DNA of 64,000 bases from Candidatus Hydrothermarchaeum profundi (GTDB lineage Archaea; Hydrothermarchaeota; Hydrothermarchaeia; Hydrothermarchaeales; Hydrothermarchaeaceae). The notes beneath the pieces were generated by a model. That model was not told where the DNA came from. It searched no databases and saw nothing but the letters and a program-made list of their open reading frames with translations. The translations under genes were made by a program, and so were the position numbers. Positions 53,166-61,946 of the stretch are shown one piece after another (position 1 is the first letter of the stretch; the number at the start of each line of letters is the position of its first letter). The stretch spans positions 611,095 through 675,094 of the forward strand of contig MTMF02000009.1 of NCBI GenBank assembly GCA_002011125.2. Direction: 5' to 3'.

Positions 53166-54092
53166 TCAGCTATGAGGAACATCCCAGAGATAACCTATCA
53201 TGCTAAGGACAATAAAGAATCCTATTATAATTAAGCCGATTATAGTTCTCTTTCTCTTTGTGGATTGGGTTTCTTTGCTTCTATCGATATAAGGAAGAAG
53301 CGTAAGCAACGAGGCCGTTAAGAGGAGTACCAAGATGTAAAGAAAGTTTAGCGAAGGGCTTAGAAACCCGATTCCTCTTTCTATCACGTACAGCCATAGG
53401 AACAGCCATATTGGCTTAAGTTGGGTTTGAAGTTCAGGACCAACTTTAGGAGATAGGCTAAAAGGCTCTATTACTGAATAAAGCAGAAGAAATCCCAATG
53501 TAATCATCCCAATACCAACTTCACTCCATTCGAGTTTTCTTTTCCTTACATAAGAGTAGTGAAGTGCCAGAAATATCATTGAAACAATTGGAAGAAACCC
53601 AATATGCATCATGTAAAATCTCGCTAGAGAACGGGAGGTTATCTCACTTCCCCCAAGCACTAGGCGTTCTAAAGCCCCTCCTACAAGTGGAGTATAGGCT
53701 ATTATTGAGGCAGTTACTCTGGCACTCCAATACCCTACTTCGTCCCATCTCAGGAGATAGCCTGAGAAAACAAATAAAACAGTTATAATCAAGAGCAATC
53801 CGCCCATGACCCAAGGCTTCTTATGAATCTTATAGGTTCCCATAAAGAAAACCCTAACCATGTGGAGAAGGATTGAGATGAGTAGAAGATGAGTAGACCA
53901 GTGATGAAGAGATAAGAGAATTTTCCCGAAATAGACATATTCTGAGATGTACTGGATGCTCTCGTAAGCCCTTTCTGGCGCGGGTTCATACCAAAAGCTA
54001 AGCAAGATTCCAGAAGATACGAGAATAACAGCATTTGTTACGCTAATAACACTAAACCAGTAGATAGGGTTAAATTCTTTGGACATTTTCAT
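53166..54092 (-). CDS. Cytochrome b subunit of a Rieske/cytb complex
   Basis: SG..L...Y.P, LHHWS..(H..H) HMVRVFF.G.Y, W..G, GYLLRWD..GYW, RFY..H..H; Qo-motif position reads KPIWLF. Confidence 0.9.
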   Translation of the reverse strand: MKMSKEFNPIYWFSVISVTNAVILVSSGILLSFWYEPAPERAYESIQYISEYVYFGKILLSLHHWSTHLLLISILLHMVRVFFMGTYKIHKKPWVMGGLLLIITVLFVFSGYLLRWDEVGYWSARVTASIIAYTPLVGGALERLVLGGSEITSRSLARFYMMHIGFLPIVSMIFLALHYSYVRKRKLEWSEVGIGMITLGFLLLYSVIEPFSLSPKVGPELQTQLKPIWLFLWLYVIERGIGFLSPSLNFLYILVLLLTASLLTLLPYIDRSKETQSTKRKRTIIGLIIIGFFIVLSMIGYLWDVPHS

Positions 54093-54520
54093 TTCTCTGC
54101 GTAGACCTCGCCGTTCTTAACTTCTATCTTGATAGGCGTGAGTCCTCTAGGAGCTGGACCTGAAATCCTTTCACCAGTTACTGGATCAAAAGTTGAACCA
54201 TGGCATGGACACTCGAGTAAGCCTTTGCCGGGAAGTGCCCTGCCGCTCACGGGACACCCCATATGAGGGCAGGAGGCAAGAAAAGCATGTAGCCCTTGGT
54301 AGTTTACGAGAATACCGGGCTCTCCTAAGAAATCAAAGACTTTTACACTTCCTACCCTTATCTCGTCTACACTACCTATTAGAACAGACTCCTGAGGCGA
54401 AGAGTAAACTTGTTCTGGTGCTCCACGCTTTAGAAAATATACCGAACTTAAGAAAGAAAGACTGGTAATGGATACTACTATCTTAGCCATATACTCGAGG
54501 AACTTTCTTCTTTTCATCAC
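54089..54520 (-). CDS. Rieske 2Fe-2S protein with Tat signal
   Basis: KRRKFL twin-arginine; CPHMGC and CPCHGSTF boxes; GPAPRGL. Confidence 0.93.
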   Translation of the reverse strand: MMKRRKFLEYMAKIVVSITSLSFLSSVYFLKRGAPEQVYSSPQESVLIGSVDEIRVGSVKVFDFLGEPGILVNYQGLHAFLASCPHMGCPVSGRALPGKGLLECPCHGSTFDPVTGERISGPAPRGLTPIKIEVKNGEVYAEK

Positions 54521-56307
54521 CTAAACCTCTTCATTAAGTAAACTAAAAAAATGACTCCCAGTAGAGCCATTAAAAAGATATATTCTAGAAAAGGCCTAAC
54601 GTTAAGATATTTTGGATTTATGACTCTGTGAGAATCAGAGTGGCAGTTTACACACTCATCCGGCTCAGTTTCCCTATCTTTTTCAGGGAGGCCTAAATCG
54701 TCAGGAGCATTCCACTCTAACCCAAAAAGCCAAGGAGCGAAGTTCACAGTATAAGGAAGAGCATTTTCATCTATCTCGGAGGTATTTCTAATATTAATTA
54801 TAAACAACCCCGAAGAATTGGCTACAATCTCGTGTCCGCCATATACCGGGAAATTCAGCACAGGATAAATGTGCGAATCTTTTGTTCCGAATAGAACCCA
54901 CGTCGCCTTTGCCCGTTGCTCAGATGCGTTATGGCAGCTTATACAATCCCTAGCCTTACCGAAGCCGTGGGAAACTTTGTCCATATGGATCCAAAGTATG
55001 GCTTTATTGTTGCTTGGCAAGCTATCTATCGTTCCTACTATTGCATAGGCATCTCTAGATTTTTCTCTTATGCCTGGGATGTTTCTGAATTTTATGCCTG
55101 TTTGATTTAACTCAAATTTTTGATTAAAAACAGCATGAGGTACAGGTTTAACAGGTATCCATATACCCTTTTGATCTCGAATCAAAATAGGCTCCGATAA
55201 AGCTCCATAGTATGCTATTTTGGTTAGCGGATTTAGCTGGCCATAGAAGCTTCCGTTATTCCAAAAGACCATTTGATATCCTCCCAATTCCTGGATGTGG
55301 CATGCTTCACAGGAAACTTTTTCATGAACACTTTTCTTTATCTCTTTCTCAATTTCCAAGTGGCAGTTACCACATGTAGCTTCTCTGGAGATATTGTGGT
55401 CCTGATATATGTGACAATCTAGGCAACTTAAATTCTCTTCAAAATGTATGTCCGGTGGGAGGAAAGGTATAGAAGATTCTTGACGGTAAAATCCAGCTCC
55501 TCTACGATAGTCTTCAGCTCCTACATGACATATGCCTCTTCCTCCTCCAAGACCACAGCTTTCTGCGGGTGGCCTCTTGTTAAAAAAATGTCTTCCTTCA
55601 GCAGGATTATAATGGCAGTCAAGACAGGAGGTATGGCACTGCTGGCATGCACGTTCATTTAGCTTTGCTTGTTCTATCGTATAGTCGGTTGATAGGGTCT
55701 CTGCAATGGTATCTAAGTTCTTAAGCCAGTAGCCACAGTCATGTGGCCCCATCGGTGGAGTAACGAAATCTGAGTACTGTCTCTGCGTCAGCGTAAGTCC
55801 CATCGGCGTTGTTAGAAAATCTTTCAGTTCTTTGGGGTGACACTTGCCGCAAGTAGCATTAGCTATGGAAGGACTAAAGGCAAGAGTTATTGGGTCTCTA
55901 TCATGGTAGAGTACGCTTCTTATCTCGAAATTTGGGAAAAAAAGATAAGGAGGCTCTGACCGCTGGGGAACCAACGCAGGTAAGATCTTATACCTATCTT
56001 CTACAGGTTTAACTCTCTCCTTAGATATAACTAGAAGTCTAGGCATTCCTTCGTGAGCCCCTATGAGTGTTTTATTTTCAGGATTTCCTAGGTGGCAGTC
56101 TTGGCAGTTTGGTCCGCCTAAGCCTAACCTAAACATCTTGCTCTCTTTCCAAACTTCTTCATTTGTGAAATAAAACTGTGGAAAACCCAGCTCTTCCAGT
56201 CTACTCTGGTTAGAATGGCACTCTATACAACTATTTTGAGCGTAAGCCAGCCCGATTACCCATATATAAATGAAGATAATCGCCTTTTTCATACTACCCT
56301 TTCTCAT
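54517..56307 (-). CDS. Membrane-anchored multiheme cytochrome c (10 CxxCH plus one CX8CH)
   Basis: CIECH, CQDCH, CGKCH, CQQCH, CLDCH, CLDCH, CGNCH, CEACH, CISCH, CVNCH; CGLGGGRGICH; N-terminal signal and C-terminal TM. Confidence 0.92.
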   Translation of the reverse strand: MRKGSMKKAIIFIYIWVIGLAYAQNSCIECHSNQSRLEELGFPQFYFTNEEVWKESKMFRLGLGGPNCQDCHLGNPENKTLIGAHEGMPRLLVISKERVKPVEDRYKILPALVPQRSEPPYLFFPNFEIRSVLYHDRDPITLAFSPSIANATCGKCHPKELKDFLTTPMGLTLTQRQYSDFVTPPMGPHDCGYWLKNLDTIAETLSTDYTIEQAKLNERACQQCHTSCLDCHYNPAEGRHFFNKRPPAESCGLGGGRGICHVGAEDYRRGAGFYRQESSIPFLPPDIHFEENLSCLDCHIYQDHNISREATCGNCHLEIEKEIKKSVHEKVSCEACHIQELGGYQMVFWNNGSFYGQLNPLTKIAYYGALSEPILIRDQKGIWIPVKPVPHAVFNQKFELNQTGIKFRNIPGIREKSRDAYAIVGTIDSLPSNNKAILWIHMDKVSHGFGKARDCISCHNASEQRAKATWVLFGTKDSHIYPVLNFPVYGGHEIVANSSGLFIINIRNTSEIDENALPYTVNFAPWLFGLEWNAPDDLGLPEKDRETEPDECVNCHSDSHRVINPKYLNVRPFLEYIFLMALLGVIFLVYLMKRFR

Positions 56308-56708
56308 TTAAGGAGTAATTCTATTTCTCTCTCCATTCCCTTCTTACTTAAGTAGCCTATGAACTTCTTTTCAACCTCCCCCTTATTATTAAAGAAAACA
56401 AATGCTGGAAGGCTATCTATCCCATATTTTTGTGCCAGCTCTTTTTCTTCATCAAAGTTTGCGGTGAGGAAATTTACTTTCCCGCTATACTCTTTTTTCA
56501 GCTCTCTCATAGTTGGAAGCATTTCCCAACAGTAGATACACCAGTCTGCAGCGAATTCAAGCACAATGGGATTTCTGCTTGATAGGGCAGCTTCAAACTT
56601 TTCAGGTGAGTAGTCGTACTCTATTGACTCGCCAGCAGTTTTTTCAATAGATTTCTCGCTAGATATACATCCAACAAGAATTATTAGAAGAAGTATTATC
56701 TCTTTCAT
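56304..56708 (-). CDS. Thioredoxin-fold lipoprotein (possible CcmG/ResA-like role)
   Basis: MKEIILLLIILVGC lipobox; EFAADWCIYC; cis-Pro 'SLPAFVF'. Confidence 0.85.
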   Translation of the reverse strand: MKEIILLLIILVGCISSEKSIEKTAGESIEYDYSPEKFEAALSSRNPIVLEFAADWCIYCWEMLPTMRELKKEYSGKVNFLTANFDEEKELAQKYGIDSLPAFVFFNNKGEVEKKFIGYLSKKGMEREIELLLK

Positions 56709-56904
56709 TAAGGAGAAATAGTTTTTAGACGGATAAAAATTTTGCCAGAAAGAATAGTTTTGTGTAGATTTGGCATTATCGTGCATTAAATATACTTAAT
56801 ATGTCCTTTTTCCCACACAAACTATGGAAGAAGAAAAAATTTATATATTGTTTAGGCAACCCCCTACTAGATTAGGTTAAAATTTTTGGATAGGAGGTGA
56901 AGAA

Positions 56905-58140
56905 GTGAAATATATTTTCAGCGCTACCTTTGTCGCTCTGTTGTTTATGGCCGTACTAGCATCGGGATGCATAGGGGGGGAAAAAGCAGCACCATCTGAA
57001 ACAGTAGCTCCTGAAGAAACTGCCCCGCCGGCTGTAACACTAGCTAAAGGAAGAGCTTTCACAGCGGGGCATGGGGGACACTTAGCGGTTATAGATTTTG
57101 CGATAAATCCTAAAACTAAGGAATTTACAATATATAGCATAGGTAGGTTGGTGGCATATAGTCCTGATGGAAAAAAATACGGTGCAGAGAAAGCTTCTCA
57201 TACAGTGTCTCTTTCTAAGGATGGCAAAACTCTCTACTGGGCGGCATTAGATGGAACGATAACTGAGATTGATCTGGATGCGGTAGGATTGACTCTAGAT
57301 AAGGCTCCAGTAGGCACTCTGAAAGAATGGAGGACTTATAAGGCAAAGGATGTTGAGTGGGCTGAATTAGGTGGAGAAACTGATAATCTCCATTGTGGTT
57401 CAAGTCTAAGTCCTGATGGAAAGACGCTCTATGTTTCCAGTATAGGCAGCGGTGCAGTGCTCGTATATGATACCACAACGCATAAAAAAGTGGACAAAAT
57501 ACCTGTAGATGCGTTTGGTTGTACTGCTGAAGTTACCCCGGATGGCAAATACTTATACTTCGCAAATATGGCGGCAGGCGTAGTCGACAAAGTTGACCTT
57601 TCTACTAGGGAGATCGTTAAGAAAATAGATACTACACAATACAATGGATATTTCTTGCATATAGGAGAGTTAGCGCCTGATGGTAGATACCTCTGGCAGA
57701 CTGCGGCTAATGAATTTAAGGAAGGTAAGCCATACAATATACCCATCGAAGGAGCTTCAGGCATAGGCCAGGGCTATGTGATAATAATAGATACGGTGAA
57801 TGATAAAGTCGTAGATGCACTTAATGTCCCAGGTAACCCGCATGATGTGACCTTTACTAAAGATGGAAGGTTTGCCATTCTTTCAGCGAGGCATCTGCCT
57901 GAGAATCCAACTAGTAGTGGCTTAGTCCTTGTTGATACTACTGAGAAAAAAGTTATCAGCGAGCATGATGTTTGTGGAGCATGTCATGATGAACTAGGTG
58001 CTGATGTCAGCGAGTTTATAGATCCTGAGACTCAAGTGCTAACGAATCTAGGCTTGCTTGAACATCCTGAAACCGGACTCGCTTTGGCTTGCGGTATAGA
58101 TATTACCTGGGAAAAGAGTACTACCTTAGGGTGCATGTAA
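56905..58140 (+). CDS. YVTN/YncE-type beta-propeller lipoprotein with one CxxCH
   Basis: LASGC lipobox; repeated (S/T)PDGK.LY blades; CGACH near the C-terminus; GGAGGTGA RBS before GTG. Confidence 0.85.
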   Translation: MKYIFSATFVALLFMAVLASGCIGGEKAAPSETVAPEETAPPAVTLAKGRAFTAGHGGHLAVIDFAINPKTKEFTIYSIGRLVAYSPDGKKYGAEKASHTVSLSKDGKTLYWAALDGTITEIDLDAVGLTLDKAPVGTLKEWRTYKAKDVEWAELGGETDNLHCGSSLSPDGKTLYVSSIGSGAVLVYDTTTHKKVDKIPVDAFGCTAEVTPDGKYLYFANMAAGVVDKVDLSTREIVKKIDTTQYNGYFLHIGELAPDGRYLWQTAANEFKEGKPYNIPIEGASGIGQGYVIIIDTVNDKVVDALNVPGNPHDVTFTKDGRFAILSARHLPENPTSSGLVLVDTTEKKVISEHDVCGACHDELGADVSEFIDPETQVLTNLGLLEHPETGLALACGIDITWEKSTTLGCM

Positions 58141-58162
58141 AATAGACTGCACCCTTTTTTTT
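58128..58162 (+). terminator. Hairpin plus T-tract after the beta-propeller gene
   Basis: AGGGTGCA (58128-58135) pairs with TGCACCCT (58148-58155), followed by T8 and further T-runs. Confidence 0.6.
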
Positions 58163-58209
58163 ATTTTTTAAAAATATTTTTTTATTTTAATACTATCTGA
58201 GGATTTTGC

Positions 58210-59427
58210 ATGGAAAAATTGAGCTTAACGTATGTAGCAAGGAAAAATATTAAGCGAAAGCTCTTTCGCAGTATTGCGTTAATACTAGCGGTAGGTATAG
58301 CAACTGGGGCTCTGTTTTCGAGTATTCTTATAATGAAAAGTGTGGAGCGTGGTTCTAAGACTGCTGTCTCCATGTTAGGGGCAGATTTAATGGTAGCACC
58401 TACTGGTTATGAAGCTGCGGCAAGAAGTTCTTTACTGGCTGGAGAACCACAGACCTTCTATATGGATCGCTCTATAGAAGAAAAAATAGCTAAGATAGAT
58501 GGCGTTGAAAAAACTTCATCACAAGTTTACGCGGAGACCTCTTCTTATCCCTGCTGTGGATTTAGGAAATCCTTTTTAGTCGGGTTTGATCCGAAAACGG
58601 ATTTCACCGTCATGCCTTGGCTTAATAAAAAATTAGATAGGCCTTTTGGTGGGAATGATGTTATAATAGGCAGCGAGATTCCGGCTTACCCTGGATTTAC
58701 AACCTATGTGCATGGTCATGAGTTAACAATATGGGGGACTCTTCATCGCACAGGTCTGAAATATTTTGATAACACCATTTTTATTCCTATCGAGACTCTC
58801 TATAAAATAGCCGAGGAAACTAGGCTGAATAGCAATGTAGCACCATTAGAAATCAACCGAAATCAAATTTCTGTAGTACTTGTTAAAGGAGAAGAGAAAG
58901 TCAGGCCAGACGTGTTAGAAGTTAGAATCGAAGGAAGAGTGCCCGGCGTTATTGCAATTCCTGTTGAGAGCGTAGTTCATACGGTTAAAATACAGGTTTC
59001 CTCTCTTTTTGGGAGCCTCTTCATTTTATCAGCGGTTTTGTGGGTTGCTAATACTCTTATGATTAGCGCTATTTTTTCTACGATCGTTTCTGAGAGGCAG
59101 AGGGAGCTGGGTATTCTTAGGGCGATTGGGGCTGATAGGAACGCGGTTTTTAGGCTTATAATATTGGAGGCGGTTATCTTAACAAGCATCGGAGGCATAC
59201 TCGGAATAGCTTCTGGCCAGCTTATATTTTTAGCATTTAAAAATAGTATAACATCATCATTTACTTCTTTAAAAATACCATATATATGGCCTAGTGCCGT
59301 GAACATTTTGATGATTTCTCTGCTGAGTTTTATATCCGCGGTTAGTATGGGCGTCTTTGGGGCCATTTACCCAGCATTCAATAGCACTAAAATGGAGCCT
59401 TATCTAGCAATTAGGGCCGGTGAGTGA
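58210..59427 (+). CDS. MacB/FtsX-family ABC permease with extracytoplasmic Cys-Cys
   Basis: LGADL.V.P, YPCCG, ERQRELGILRAIGA, YPA..S.K.EP..AIR. Confidence 0.9.
   Translation: MEKLSLTYVARKNIKRKLFRSIALILAVGIATGALFSSILIMKSVERGSKTAVSMLGADLMVAPTGYEAAARSSLLAGEPQTFYMDRSIEEKIAKIDGVEKTSSQVYAETSSYPCCGFRKSFLVGFDPKTDFTVMPWLNKKLDRPFGGNDVIIGSEIPAYPGFTTYVHGHELTIWGTLHRTGLKYFDNTIFIPIETLYKIAEETRLNSNVAPLEINRNQISVVLVKGEEKVRPDVLEVRIEGRVPGVIAIPVESVVHTVKIQVSSLFGSLFILSAVLWVANTLMISAIFSTIVSERQRELGILRAIGADRNAVFRLIILEAVILTSIGGILGIASGQLIFLAFKNSITSSFTSLKIPYIWPSAVNILMISLLSFISAVSMGVFGAIYPAFNSTKMEPYLAIRAGE
59029..59210 (+). repeat. 182-bp perfect direct repeat, copy 1 (in permease 1)
   Basis: Identical to 60924-61105. Confidence 0.95.
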
Positions 59428-60106
59428 AATGATAGTTACAGAAAATCTGACTAAAATATATAGGGTTGGAGACAGGGATATAGAGGCAGTCATTGATGTA
59501 GGACTTAGAATTAGTGATAATGAATTCGTATCTATTGTAGGCCATTCTGGTAGTGGGAAGACAACATTATTAAGCATGATAGGCGGTCTTACAAGGCCGA
59601 CTAAAGGGAAAGTGTTTGTAGATGGTATAGATATTTGGTCGCTAGGAGATAAGGAACTTTCTAAGTTGAGGAATGAGAAGATCGGGTTTATTTTTCAGTT
59701 CTCAAGTCTAATACCTACTTTAACCGCACTTGAAAATGTCATGCTACCGGCGACCTTCAGCCAAAATAAGAAAAAAGAGGTGGCTATACGAGCTGAAGAA
59801 ATGCTTGATCTTGTAGAACTCTCTCATAGGATCGATTCTTATCCATCACAACTTTCAGGAGGTGAGCAGAGGAGAGTTGCCATAGCTAGGGCGTTAGTAA
59901 ATAAGCCAAAGATAATTCTCGCAGATGAGCCGACAGGCGATTTAGATCATGAAACGGAAAAAGATGTAATAGACCTCTTTCTCAAAATAAATAAAGAATT
60001 TAATACGACTTTTTTGCTCGTAACTCACAACATAGAATTAGCCATGAAGGCTGATAGAAAATTAGTGATGGATCAAGGTAAAATAATAGAAGATCCAAAT
60101 GACTAG
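59420..60106 (+). CDS. LolD/MacB-type ABC ATP-binding subunit
   Basis: GHSGSGKTT, LRNEKIGFIFQ, LSGGEQRRVAIARAL, ADEPTGDLD. Confidence 0.93.
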   Translation: MSEMIVTENLTKIYRVGDRDIEAVIDVGLRISDNEFVSIVGHSGSGKTTLLSMIGGLTRPTKGKVFVDGIDIWSLGDKELSKLRNEKIGFIFQFSSLIPTLTALENVMLPATFSQNKKKEVAIRAEEMLDLVELSHRIDSYPSQLSGGEQRRVAIARALVNKPKIILADEPTGDLDHETEKDVIDLFLKINKEFNTTFLLVTHNIELAMKADRKLVMDQGKIIEDPND

Positions 60107-61322
60107 TGTAAGTTTGTCTTATTTAGCACGAAGAAATATAGTTCGCAAATCTTTCCGGAGTATTGTACTTATATTTGCGGTGAGCATCTCAGTCGGCGTC
60201 TTATTCTCTACCACTTTGATGCTTAAAAGCATCGATAAAGGAATAAAAGTGGAAATGGAGAGGTTAGGGGCAGACTTACTTGTGGCTCCGGTAGGATATG
60301 AAGCTAAGGCCCGTACAGTACTTGTTAGTGGAGAGCCGCAAATATTCTATATGGGCGAAGAAGTTGTTGATAAAATAATAGCTATTCCAGGGGTTGTAGC
60401 TGCTTCTCCGCAGATTTTTATGGAAACCTCTTCTTATTTGCTGTGTTGCGAGATTTTAGAAACTTTGTTAGTCGGGTTTGACCCAGAAACAGACTTTACA
60501 GTGACCCCATGGATAGAGTCTAGGGTAGATGGGCCTATTGATTATGAGCGTGACATTATTACAGGAGGGATGGTGGCTGTGTATGAAGGATATGCATATT
60601 ATATCTACGGACAGGAGTTTAGAGTTTATGCGAGACTTCAGAAGACAGGGTTAAATTATTTTGATAGGACGATCTTTATCCCTCGAGCTCGAGCATATAA
60701 GTTGGCACAGCAAACAAAAGAGAGGAAAGGGGTAGCTCCACTGAAATTATCTTCTGGAGATGTCTCGATTGTTTTAGTGAGAGTTTCGCCTAATGCGAAT
60801 GTAACAAAAATAGCGGAACAGATAAAGAGAGATATCCCTGATGTAAGTGTTTTAAAGATACAGGATATGCTTGCAAATACTAAACAGATATTCCTTAAAT
60901 TGTTTGGAGGCTTACTAGTATTTTCAGCGGTTTTGTGGGTTGCTAATACTCTTATGATTAGCGCTATTTTTTCTACGATCGTTTCTGAGAGGCAGAGGGA
61001 GCTGGGTATTCTTAGGGCGATTGGGGCTGATAGGAACGCGGTTTTTAGGCTTATAATATTGGAGGCGGTTATCTTAACAAGCATCGGAGGCATACTCGGA
61101 ATAGCCGTGGGAAGTATTACTTTTACTATTTTTAAGAGCCATATATTATCCTCTTTTACTATGCTTAAGTTCCCTTATATCTGGCCTTCCTCTCCTGAAA
61201 TTTTGGCAATCGGTTTAGGTAGCTTCTTGGCATCCCTAGCTATGGGGATTATTGGAGCATTATATCCTGGCTTTATATCTACAAAATTAGAGCCATATTT
61301 TGCAATAAGAAAAGGAGAATAA
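60099..61322 (+). CDS. MacB/FtsX-family ABC permease with extracytoplasmic Cys-Cys (paralogue of 58210-59427)
   Basis: LGADLLVAP, YLLCCE, ERQRELGILRAIGA. Confidence 0.9.
   Translation: MTSVSLSYLARRNIVRKSFRSIVLIFAVSISVGVLFSTTLMLKSIDKGIKVEMERLGADLLVAPVGYEAKARTVLVSGEPQIFYMGEEVVDKIIAIPGVVAASPQIFMETSSYLLCCEILETLLVGFDPETDFTVTPWIESRVDGPIDYERDIITGGMVAVYEGYAYYIYGQEFRVYARLQKTGLNYFDRTIFIPRARAYKLAQQTKERKGVAPLKLSSGDVSIVLVRVSPNANVTKIAEQIKRDIPDVSVLKIQDMLANTKQIFLKLFGGLLVFSAVLWVANTLMISAIFSTIVSERQRELGILRAIGADRNAVFRLIILEAVILTSIGGILGIAVGSITFTIFKSHILSSFTMLKFPYIWPSSPEILAIGLGSFLASLAMGIIGALYPGFISTKLEPYFAIRKGE
60924..61105 (+). repeat. 182-bp perfect direct repeat, copy 2 (in permease 2)
   Basis: Identical to 59029-59210 (offset 1895 bp). 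Confidence 0.95.
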
Positions 61323-61348
61323 AGTAATTAAAACTAATTTCCTAACCT

Positions 61349-61744
61349 TTAAGAACGTTGGGCTTTTACTTCAACGCTGCCAAATTTTTCGAATTCTAAT
61401 ATGAGAGTTATCTCATCTTCTGAAGGATCAGCTCCAAATGCCATTATATGATAGCCGCCTCTTTTAAGTGGCACCGTTTCTCCTTTTGGAATCTCAATTT
61501 TATCAACCTTTAGCATCATTCCGCCTGCTATGGTATGAAGCTCTACTTTTGCATTTGGAAACTCCTTTATTTTAGCCGAGATTAGATTATCTGCTCCTCC
61601 ATGATTCTCTATAACCATAAAAATGGAGATAGCATTAGACATCCCGGAAGACATGAAATATACATCATGGACCTTGATCTCCGGAGGATTATTTATGCAT
61701 CCTGCTGCTACTATAAATATAGCGAGTAGAAGATATCTTCCCAT
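61349..61744 (-). CDS. PCu(A)C-family copper chaperone lipoprotein
   Basis: VAAGC lipobox; ELH.....MM.KV..I.IP....V.L..GGYHIM copper-binding motif. Confidence 0.88.
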   Translation of the reverse strand: MGRYLLLAIFIVAAGCINNPPEIKVHDVYFMSSGMSNAISIFMVIENHGGADNLISAKIKEFPNAKVELHTIAGGMMLKVDKIEIPKGETVPLKRGGYHIMAFGADPSEDEITLILEFEKFGSVEVKAQRS

Positions 61745-61946
61745 ATTGGTTGAATAAGCGTAGAATAATCTAGAAAATTTCATATTTCAGAGGCCCCTAA
61801 ATTGGATTTCTTTTATTCTTTATACGATTGATGTTTTAACTTTTTTGCTACTTACTGCTAAAAAGGCTCTGAGCTAGTCTTTAAATTTATTATATTCAGA
61901 AGAAATAATAAAAAACTATATTAACCATAGGAAATACGCTGTTAAT

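Noticed and set aside
56905-58140. Calling the propeller NosZ or NirS
   Set aside because: No C-terminal CuA cupredoxin domain, no N-terminal cytochrome c domain, and no nosD or nir genes nearby
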